From: a virus | Taxonomy: Duplodnaviria; Caudoviricetes | Reading direction: 5' to 3' (one strand) | Length of the DNA: 27,624 nucleotides | IMG/VR virus record: IMGVR_UViG_3300027777_000122 | Coordinates: 1-27,624 of that record | In this document: piece after piece, positions 7,813 through 14,518 of the stretch | Layout: every line of letters starts with the position of its first letter | Position numbering within the stretch: the first letter of the stretch is position 1 | Notes under the pieces: model-generated | The model's input: only the letters and a program-made list of their open reading frames with translations | What the model was told of the DNA's origin: nothing | Database searches by the model: none | Translations under genes and position numbers: made by a program

Positions 7813-9326
7813 AGTGGGCGCTCCGTGATGCGAATGTAGTCCTTAATGCTGCCGCCGCCTGCCATGCGCGGCATAAGCTGGTTAGGGCGCATGGCCGCCA
7901 GTGCTTGGCCCTGCTGCGTCATCTGTAGGATGTTGCTGCGCGGGGCGCCGGGAGCTGGCGCTGGTGGTTGGCCTTGTGGCGGTTGTCCCGTTGGGGGCAT
8001 TTGCCCTGCTGGTTGCCCTGGTTGGGGCGGCATTGCTCCCATCGGGGCAGCGGGCTGGCCCGGTAGCACCTGCTGGCCGGGCATCTCAGGTTGGAAGTCC
8101 ACGCCGCCAACGGGCAGGCCTGGGCCTACGCCCGGTGCCACGTAGGCCTTGACCTTGAGGTTGGGCGCCTCATTGGCACCCACGTTCTTGAGGCTGGTCA
8201 TGTTGCGCAGCATGACGTGGGCCAGCATCTCGTCCTGGCTGGGCTCGGCCTTGACCTCGCCATTTTCAGCGTAATGGCCGACAGTACCGCCTTCAGCCAT
8301 ATTTATATTACGGTTATTGAGGTCGTAAGTTCCACGGTTGCCGATAGCGGATTTAATTTGATGGGGATCAAGAACCATATACTGCGACCACATAGTCGCA
8401 CTATCATGCCCTTGTTTTCTTAACCATTCACTAAATTTTTTAGGGCCGCCATGTTCTTTTAATACTTTACTAAAATTTTTACCATTCATATCGTATGGAT
8501 TTTTAGCGGATATATACATCGGCATTATTGTTTTACCGTAAGAATCTGCAACACTGGGGTCCGTCGTAAAATAGTGACCGTGACCAAGCCAGCCTTCATC
8601 TGTTGCTGATCCTATTTTTGTAGGATCAAATTCTTGAAAATCTTGGTTTGTTCCGTGATACACCTTATCTTTTATTTTGCTATTTTTTAAAAACTTTGCA
8701 AGGTTTTCATCATGTTCACGCGTTGACAATATTTGGCGCATCTGGTCGGGTGTTGGTTCCACGTCGCCACCTTCTTTGTAGCTTAGCCCAGCCTCGTGGG
8801 CTCGGGCGGGATCGAATGCGGCAAAGCGCGAACGAAAAGTGTGCGGGTGCATCGACACGTAATGGTTGCGCTCGGGGTAATCGGCTACATCTAAGTCCTT
8901 CAGCCAATCCGCCGTAGAAGGTTGTTTTACCACCATTCCCGTTTTGTCAGCGTCGTGTAAGGCACGTTTTAGCGCCTGATCGTCCTCTACCCCAAAATGC
9001 TCATAGGGGTTTTTCATACCGATGTCAAGAGCTTGGGCTCGCTTAACCATCAGCGGGTAGGACGTCGCGCCTTCTTTACCCATGGCATACATCGCCGTTT
9101 CGGGAAGGTGCTGAGTGGCATACGCACCTGGCCCCTGTGCGCCAGTGCGTGATGGTTTTAACTCAACAATGTCATTGTGCGGGCTTCCGTGTCCCCATCC
9201 TGGCTCAAAGCCCATAGCACGCGCCCGGTCTTCCGGGGTGTTGTGCTCATGCAGGCCCAGCATGCGGATGGCGTTGAGCCGGGCCATCTCAAGGGCTTCT
9301 GACTGCGGATACTTGGGTTTGGCCAT
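7809..9326 (-). CDS. Protein with two ART-PolyVal-like ADP-ribosyltransferase domains and a Pro/Gln/Gly-rich tail
   Basis: Module 1: RARAMGF..WGHGS...GPGAYAT...YPLMV...RSRFAAFDP. Module 2: VYHGT..DFQEF...GHGHYFT...MYISAKNP...GHDS...VLDPHQIKSAIGNRGTYD. Confidence 0.65.
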   Translation of the reverse strand: MAKPKYPQSEALEMARLNAIRMLGLHEHNTPEDRARAMGFEPGWGHGSPHNDIVELKPSRTGAQGPGAYATQHLPETAMYAMGKEGATSYPLMVKRAQALDIGMKNPYEHFGVEDDQALKRALHDADKTGMVVKQPSTADWLKDLDVADYPERNHYVSMHPHTFRSRFAAFDPARAHEAGLSYKEGGDVEPTPDQMRQILSTREHDENLAKFLKNSKIKDKVYHGTNQDFQEFDPTKIGSATDEGWLGHGHYFTTDPSVADSYGKTIMPMYISAKNPYDMNGKNFSKVLKEHGGPKKFSEWLRKQGHDSATMWSQYMVLDPHQIKSAIGNRGTYDLNNRNINMAEGGTVGHYAENGEVKAEPSQDEMLAHVMLRNMTSLKNVGANEAPNLKVKAYVAPGVGPGLPVGGVDFQPEMPGQQVLPGQPAAPMGAMPPQPGQPAGQMPPTGQPPQGQPPAPAPGAPRSNILQMTQQGQALAAMRPNQLMPRMAGGGSIKDYIRITERPL

Positions 9327-9335
9327 GGCTCGGTC

Positions 9336-10835
9336 CTATGTTGCTTTGCGCACGGGCAGCGCGCCAAATACTGCCGCCATCGGCATCTGGGTGTTGCGCT
9401 GGAGTATGCCACCGTAGCCGTGCTCCTGCGCCAGCCGCTCCAAGTCGGTGAAGGCGCCTTGGCGGTTCTCTACGCCTTGGTTGTACTTGGCCGTGAACGG
9501 CGTGACGTTGTGCTCGCGGGCCAGCGCGTACAACTTTTGCGGGTCGCTGGCCACGTCGTACAGGTCGCTGGCTCGGGTGCGGTACTTGTGTACACCCAGC
9601 CCCGGCTCGCCGCGTTCGGGGTTGCCCGCGTAGAAGTATGTCCGATTGCGCACGGCTGCCGGGTCCTGCAGCCGCTCGGCCTCCGCACCCTTGATGCCGG
9701 TGCCGTAGCGGCTCGGATCGGTGGCGGTTAGGTTGGGCTCGTTGCTGAAGTGCGTCAGCTCAGCGCTGGCCGGGTTGGCGGGCTTCATCAAGGGCCGCAG
9801 GTAGGCCGGTACGCCTCCAGCGTAGTCGCCACGGTTCATTTCGGGAGGCAGCAGCACAGCCTTCTGCGGGGCGTACTGGAAGTGGTTGGACAGCAGGTTC
9901 TTCTTCTCGGCCAGTGCGGCATCGGCCAGATCATCGCGGCCTTTGCGCCGGGCGTGGTACGCGGCCTCGTCGAGCTCGCGAACCTCCTTCTTGATCTCGG
10001 CATTGAGCGGGGTGTAATTCACCACGCTGTTCTGGCCGCGTGTCTCAGCGGTCATGGCCGCACGGGCCAGCGGGCTGTACATGGCCGAATGCGCCGCCCA
10101 CGCCTTCTCTTCACCCTTGGGTCCGAACTCGTTGCCGTGCACGCCGTGGCCGTAGAAGTCGTGGACCGCCCGGAACATCTCGTTGGTGTTCAAGCCGGTG
10201 GCCGGATCGACCTCGTGCAAGAAGTCGTGCCGGTCGCCGCCTTGGAACACGTTGAGGTGCTTGTTGTTGTAGATGTCAGACAGCATCTCCTTGCTGCTGT
10301 TGTAGTTGCCCTCACCGTTGCGGTGGAAGCTCATATCAACGGGCAGGCTGTGGAACTGCTGCTTGGTCTCGTGCGCAAGCTGCCGGTAGGCCTGCGCCAG
10401 CAGGTCGTCATAGTCCTTGGCGTGGATTGCCTCGGGCAAATGGCGCTGGTAGGCCTCGAACACCGCCTGCTTGTAGGCGGGGCTGTCGGTGGCTGCTAGG
10501 TTGAAGGCCTGCCCGATGGGGCCCTGCTTGCGCAGCGAGCTCTCGCTGTTCTCTTCTGGGACATAGGGCCGCCCGAACATCTGGCGGCTGTAGGCGTCGG
10601 CAGCTTGGTGCGCCAGTCCGGTCTTGCTGCGGATTATTTCGCGGATGTCCGCATCCGCAAGTGGTTGCGCATTTGCGCCTCGTGGTGATCCTGATGCAGC
10701 TTGGGCGCCTTGCCGATTGCTTGCTCGATTGCCTTGCGCACCTGCGCCGACCGTTTTAGCGCGGCGTGGGCGGACCCGCCAGAAAGGGCCTTCTTGTGCT
10801 GTGTCATATTGCGGTTCCTCGGTTTGTGTGGGCAT
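9336..10835 (-). CDS. Two-domain protein: HDxxGH putative metal-binding domain plus divergent ART-like C-terminal domain
   Basis: NEMFRAVHDFYGH...GEEKAW...TAETRGQNS, then LTHFS...DPSRYGTG...RTYFY...LYD...GYGG. The CDS is clear; function is inferred. Confidence 0.5.
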   Translation of the reverse strand: MPTQTEEPQYDTAQEGPFWRVRPRRAKTVGAGAQGNRASNRQGAQAASGSPRGANAQPLADADIREIIRSKTGLAHQAADAYSRQMFGRPYVPEENSESSLRKQGPIGQAFNLAATDSPAYKQAVFEAYQRHLPEAIHAKDYDDLLAQAYRQLAHETKQQFHSLPVDMSFHRNGEGNYNSSKEMLSDIYNNKHLNVFQGGDRHDFLHEVDPATGLNTNEMFRAVHDFYGHGVHGNEFGPKGEEKAWAAHSAMYSPLARAAMTAETRGQNSVVNYTPLNAEIKKEVRELDEAAYHARRKGRDDLADAALAEKKNLLSNHFQYAPQKAVLLPPEMNRGDYAGGVPAYLRPLMKPANPASAELTHFSNEPNLTATDPSRYGTGIKGAEAERLQDPAAVRNRTYFYAGNPERGEPGLGVHKYRTRASDLYDVASDPQKLYALAREHNVTPFTAKYNQGVENRQGAFTDLERLAQEHGYGGILQRNTQMPMAAVFGALPVRKAT

Positions 10836-10861
10836 GGCGCATCCCGGTGGTTTCTTGCATT

Positions 10862-13108
10862 TTATACCGCGTAGGGGTTTTCTCGTTGTCGCGGGTTGGC
10901 GTCGGCGTAGTCCTCGTCGTCCACCCAGCTTGATGGGAAGTCGATGGTGAGCCAGCCAGCGTCGCGCAAGTATCGCAGGGCTTGGCTCATGGCGTCAACA
11001 AAGTCGTCGTGGGCCGTGCCCTCGGGGAAGCTGCAGACCTGGCTGACCATGCCCTCGGCCCAGTCTCGCACAAAGCCCTTGCGGTTGCCGGACTCGGGTA
11101 TCCAGACGCGCCCAGCCTTGATGATATTGGCCACGATGGACAGGCGCTGGATCTTGTCCGCGCGCCCTGGGTTGTAAGCCTGGATCGGCACGCCCGCCCT
11201 GCGCAGGTCTTGGATCAGCGATATGCCCGCGCTCTTGTCCTCGATCAGCAGCAGGTCCACGCGCTTCTTTGCCTTGCCCTCGCCGTAGACCGTCTCGTAC
11301 TCGTCAAGGATCCTGGGCCGCAGGTCGGGGTACTGCAGGTGGTCCTGCCAGCAGTCGATCACCATCGCGCACATGCCACCGTCCTCGGGCTTGAACACGC
11401 CGAAGGTGATGTGCGCCGTCGGGTCGTTGTGCGTCTTCTCGCTGGCGGCGCAGTCCACGCTCTGCACGATGTACTCAAAGCGCGGGAAGGGCTTGCCGTT
11501 GGGCCAGAGCTTGAACCAGTCGCGCTTGACGATGCCCGACTCTTCAGGGTCGATGATCTCCGCGTGGATCTCCTGGCGGCCCAGCTTGGTGCCCTCGTAC
11601 TGCAGGATCTGCTTTTGGAATGACGGGGCCAGGTTCTTGATGTTGACGTAGGTGGACGCGGTGGTCACCACGACGTCGTCGCCGTTGCGGTCAATCAGGT
11701 CCATGACCACGGGCTTAGGTTTCGGGGTGGTGGAGCAAATCACACGGGTGTGCGAGCCCAGTCGGACCGCAAACTGGATCATGTCCCAGGCCTCTTGCAG
11801 GTACTCCCACGCCGCGAGCTCATCGCAGTTATGTACTACGATGCCGTTGGCTATGTACTCATGGACCGTATCAACGGTCAGGTTGTACGTCGGCTGGTTT
11901 GGCGAGCGTACGGCGCTTAGTACCTCCAGTTGCCTCAGTTCGGTATGTGCGCACTGACGACTTGTTGTTGCATGCTCTGCAGCAGTATCGTTGAAAGCGT
12001 TTAACTGCTGTGTACTCTTCCGAGCAAACCAGGCAATTACGGACTTCGGGAACAAACTTGTTGCGCCGCCATTGTTCAAGGCATTCCCGTGAGCAAAACT
12101 TACCAACCTCCCCCGCTGAGTGCGAAGTAAATCCGTTGTTGCAGCGTAGGCATATTGCGGGTTTTGGAGTGCGTAGCGCAGCCAACGTAGCCCGCGCCGC
12201 AAAACGCTGCGTGTCGTTTCCTTCGCGCCCTGTTGCGTGGTGTTGCACGTGTTCGCTTCGTGGCATGGCTTGCAAGTTGGTGATGTCGTTGTTGTGTGTG
12301 TTCTCGTCCTTGTGGTGTACAACCCATCCGGGCGGGATAGGCCCGAAGTGGCGTTCCCACACGACGCGGTGGGCGTAGCGCCCTTTGATCCTGAGATAGC
12401 CCATACCGAATCCTTCGCTTTTAAATCGCCAGCGGGTATCCACCGGTTGTTGCTAAGTATCGGATGATCTACGGTTAGTGTCAAGCTCGTTTCGCCACAA
12501 TCGATAGTTACCAGTTCATTGGGGTTGTTGGAAAGCCCAGATGCAGATACGGTGTGTGCGCCAAAGCGGGTTAGCACTTTATCGCCTACAGCCACATCCT
12601 CCACCGCTTTTCGCGTTCCATCCGCCATGCTGATGCGTGTTCCTGCAGGCAGGCACCAGGCGCCGTGCCATTGGCCGCCACGGAAGCGCTCGGGCTCGCT
12701 GGCCGGTATGCCCTTGATCAGGCTGCCGTTGGTCAGCGTGATCTCGTGCAGCGAGCTGTTGTACTTAGCCACCAGCGCCGGCGGGATAACGGCCAGCAGC
12801 CCGGACTCGCCCTCGTAGCATGTGCCGCGCAAGTCGGCACTGGTGGGTGCTGACACCAGCCAGCGGGTGTTGGGCTGCTCCCATGCCCACCAGCCCACGG
12901 TCTCCGCCGATGTGCGGGTCTTGCCGGAGCCACGGCCACCCAGCATGAGCCAGATGCCCCAGGCGGTGCCCACAGGCTCAAGTTGGAACTTGTGGGCCTT
13001 GAGTAGCCACCTGGCGCGCCACTCAAAGGCCGCGCGCTGCTCGGGCTTGAGCTTGGCGTACTGCTCGCGGACCTTGGGGTCCTGCAGCAGGGCGGTAGCA
13101 CTACTCAC
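10862..13108 (-). CDS. terL: Terminase large subunit, intein-containing (748 aa precursor, 472 aa after splicing)
   Basis: Walker A GGRGSGKT, Walker B HGAW|CDE split by the intein, motif III STTPK, nuclease motifs QSVDCA, IEDKSAG and HDDFVDA. Confidence 0.95.
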   Translation of the reverse strand: MSSATALLQDPKVREQYAKLKPEQRAAFEWRARWLLKAHKFQLEPVGTAWGIWLMLGGRGSGKTRTSAETVGWWAWEQPNTRWLVSAPTSADLRGTCYEGESGLLAVIPPALVAKYNSSLHEITLTNGSLIKGIPASEPERFRGGQWHGAWCLPAGTRISMADGTRKAVEDVAVGDKVLTRFGAHTVSASGLSNNPNELVTIDCGETSLTLTVDHPILSNNRWIPAGDLKAKDSVWAISGSKGATPTASCGNATSGLSRPDGLYTTRTRTHTTTTSPTCKPCHEANTCNTTQQGAKETTRSVLRRGLRWLRYALQNPQYAYAATTDLLRTQRGRLVSFAHGNALNNGGATSLFPKSVIAWFARKSTQQLNAFNDTAAEHATTSRQCAHTELRQLEVLSAVRSPNQPTYNLTVDTVHEYIANGIVVHNCDELAAWEYLQEAWDMIQFAVRLGSHTRVICSTTPKPKPVVMDLIDRNGDDVVVTTASTYVNIKNLAPSFQKQILQYEGTKLGRQEIHAEIIDPEESGIVKRDWFKLWPNGKPFPRFEYIVQSVDCAASEKTHNDPTAHITFGVFKPEDGGMCAMVIDCWQDHLQYPDLRPRILDEYETVYGEGKAKKRVDLLLIEDKSAGISLIQDLRRAGVPIQAYNPGRADKIQRLSIVANIIKAGRVWIPESGNRKGFVRDWAEGMVSQVCSFPEGTAHDDFVDAMSQALRYLRDAGWLTIDFPSSWVDDEDYADANPRQRENPYAV
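11828..12655 (-). mobile_element. Intein in TerL (276 aa, precursor residues 152-427)
   Basis: Block A CLPAGTRISMADG, block B LTLTVDHPI (TxxH), block F TYNLTVDTVHEYIANG, block G VVHN followed by +1 Cys. Removal restores Walker B. Visibly lower GC than the exteins. Confidence 0.95.
11871..12404 (-). CDS. HNH homing endonuclease with Cys-rich zinc-finger C-terminus, nested out of frame in the intein (177 aa)
   Basis: AHRVVWERHFGPIPPGWVVHHKDENTHNNDITNLQAMPRSEHVQHH (HNH_3-type), then CLRC..FCSREC..CLVC..YCCRAC. GAAGGA lies 6 nt before ATG 12404. Confidence 0.9.
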   Translation of the reverse strand: MGYLRIKGRYAHRVVWERHFGPIPPGWVVHHKDENTHNNDITNLQAMPRSEHVQHHATGREGNDTQRFAARATLAALRTPKPAICLRCNNGFTSHSAGEVGKFCSRECLEQWRRNKFVPEVRNCLVCSEEYTAVKRFQRYCCRACNNKSSVRTYRTEATGGTKRRTLAKPADVQPDR

Positions 13109-13598
13109 TTGACTGTCGGGTAAGCGCGATGTTTTTCAGCAACTCGCCGAACACGTCGAACGACACCTCAACGGCCAGCGGGGCCTCCTCGTCACCCGAG
13201 ACGATCGTCTTGTCGCCATACAGGCGCGGGTTCCATTTGGCCAGTAGCTTGAGGCGGTGCTCGGCGCGCCCCTTGTTCCAGGCAATGCTGCCGGGGTCGT
13301 AGCGCTTGTTGCCCACCTCGTCGAATACTGCAAGTGGCTCGGTGTCCATGATGGCTAAGGACTCTTCAGCGATCACGTCGTGGCCTATAACGCGTGCGCG
13401 CGCGATGCGCCGTGCGAAGTCTTCGTCTTGCTGCTCCCATGCATATAGCGCAGTGTTATGCGGCATACCTTCCTGTCGGCAGAACTCGCGCAGCGTCTTG
13501 CCCTGCGCCAGCCAGCTCACCAACTGATCCTTGATCTTCTCTTTGTTCGGGTACGGGGAATCGCCCGGTGGGCGCCCCATCTTCTTTCCTGTTGCCAT
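13101..13598 (-). CDS. terS: Terminase small subunit (Sf6 gp1-like)
   Basis: GRP, HTH-like GKTLREFCRQEGMP...YAW, F...IARAR..G, LAKWNPRLYGDK; overlaps the terL start. Confidence 0.9.
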   Translation of the reverse strand: MATGKKMGRPPGDSPYPNKEKIKDQLVSWLAQGKTLREFCRQEGMPHNTALYAWEQQDEDFARRIARARVIGHDVIAEESLAIMDTEPLAVFDEVGNKRYDPGSIAWNKGRAEHRLKLLAKWNPRLYGDKTIVSGDEEAPLAVEVSFDVFGELLKNIALTRQSSE

Positions 13599-13600
13599 AT

Positions 13601-13644
13601 TCTGCTCCTTAGCGCATCTCTCAGCGCGTTAGGAGCAGATTTTA
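13601..13644 (-). promoter_or_regulatory. Hairpin sequestering the terS Shine-Dalgarno, with an adjacent -10-like TAAAAT
   Basis: Minus strand TCTGCTCCT-AAC-GCGC-TGAGAGAT-GCGC-TA-AGGAGCAGA-AT-ATG; TAAAAT at 13639-13644. Confidence 0.6.
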
Positions 13645-13839
13645 CCCTCTGTAGTTGCGGCTTGGGTAGTAGTCCTCTTCAGGTTCCCAGTCGTAGTCCA
13701 CAGCGGGCTCGACGTGGGTCTCCTTGACGTGGTATCCCACGTTGCCGATAACGCGGTCAAGGGCGTCGTCCTCGTCATAGGCCTCAACATCACTGTGCCA
13801 GTCGCCGTTTATGTATACGGAATAAAGCGTCTTGCTCAT
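13642..13839 (-). CDS. Small acidic hypothetical protein
   Basis: 65 aa, VEAYDEDDAL motif, ATGA overlap with the upstream gene, SD GGAGG. Confidence 0.75.
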   Translation of the reverse strand: MSKTLYSVYINGDWHSDVEAYDEDDALDRVIGNVGYHVKETHVEPAVDYDWEPEEDYYPSRNYRG

Positions 13840-14033
13840 GCTGCCTCCGCGAAGGCAATCAGGGCTGCAGCCAGCTCTCTGGCCTGGGCCGGTGTCAGCA
13901 CCGCGCTGGCACTGGCCATCGGCACCGCGATGCTCAGCCAGACATCGTCTGGGGCCTTGGGATCCTCCCAGTTGGCGTATACGTCAACGCTGACTCGTGC
14001 GCCGCGCTCTGTGGTGATTGTGGTGGGTTCCAT
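13836..14033 (-). CDS. Hypothetical protein (65 aa)
   Basis: MEPTTITTERGARV...LTPAQARELAAAL; start at ATG 14033 after SD AGGAG. Confidence 0.75.
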   Translation of the reverse strand: MEPTTITTERGARVSVDVYANWEDPKAPDDVWLSIAVPMASASAVLTPAQARELAAALIAFAEAA

Positions 14034-14055
14034 GGTGTTCTCCTGTGTGGGTGTG

Positions 14056-14223
14056 TTAAGCGGTGGTCTCAACAACGATCACCACGCCATAAGTGGTGCC
14101 CGATGTTGCGGTGAAGTAGCCGTAGGTCTCGACGAAGGTGCGCGAGCCCTCGGCCCATGTGCGCAAGGGTGAGCCGTCTGGTGCGCGGCCGATGACTTTG
14201 GAATCGGTTATGGGGTTGTGCAT
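14056..14223 (-). CDS. Hypothetical protein (55 aa)
   Basis: Hand translation MHNPITDSKVIGRAPDGSPLRTWAEGSRTFVETYGYFTATSGTTYGVVIVVETTA; SD GGAG. Confidence 0.65.
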   Translation of the reverse strand: MHNPITDSKVIGRAPDGSPLRTWAEGSRTFVETYGYFTATSGTTYGVVIVVETTA

Positions 14224-14251
14224 TTGTTTCTCCAGTGTGGGTGTATTGGAA

Positions 14252-14265
14252 GGGGCCGAAGCCCC
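14252..14265 (-). other. Intergenic C(UUCG)G hairpin
   Basis: GGGGC-TTCG-GCCCC on the minus strand just after a stop codon; no U-tract. Confidence 0.5.
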
Positions 14266-14271
14266 CAGGGT

Positions 14272-14421
14272 TTAGATTGCGAACTGATTGGCTTTGAGGA
14301 AGGCCATCTCTTCTGGGCTTGCCATGCACACGGCCATCATGTGCTTGTCCAAGTATTTTTGCAGCTTTGCGCGGTTTGCTGCGGTAGGAACTGCGCGGTA
14401 GGTGTTGATCAGCTTGGTCAT
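14272..14421 (-). CDS. Hypothetical protein (49 aa)
   Basis: Hand translation MTKLINTYRAVPTAANRAKLQKYLDKHMMAVCMASPEEMAFLKANQFAI; SD GGAG. Confidence 0.7.
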   Translation of the reverse strand: MTKLINTYRAVPTAANRAKLQKYLDKHMMAVCMASPEEMAFLKANQFAI

Positions 14422-14518
14422 TTTTAGCTCCGTATTTGTTACATCGCGTTGTTGCGATGGTGTTAGTGTAACGCCAAGTTACAGCATCCAAGAATTATTT
14501 TCTAGGTGTTTACCCTAG
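14422..14518 (-). promoter_or_regulatory. Leftward promoter/leader cassette, copy 1, with dyad sites
   Basis: -10-like TACACT (14465-14470), then CCATCGCAAC-AA-CGCGATG and CGGAGCT SD. Palindromes TGTAAC-N5-GTTACA (14467-14483) and CTAGG-N7-CCTAG (14502-14518). Confidence 0.55.

Noticed and set aside
9808-9830. DYAGGVP as another copy of the GG boundary motif
   Set aside because: It lies near a domain boundary but is one residue short of the consensus spacing and may belong to the preceding domain; not counted.
12405-12443. Upstream start (12443) for the HNH ORF given in the track
   Set aside because: ATG 12404 has a well-spaced SD and HNH-like sequence starts right after it; the extension matters only under the frameshift model.
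11828-12655. Insertion in terL as a group I intron or frameshifted pseudogene
   Set aside because: The terL frame is uninterrupted and has all protein-splicing residues (Cys1, TxxH, His-Asn, +1 Cys), so RNA splicing need not be invoked.
14069-14491. 140-aa minus-strand ORF in the track
   Set aside because: Better explained by two shorter ORFs in other frames (14272-14421 and 14056-14223), each with a clear SD; it also crosses a promoter and a hairpin.
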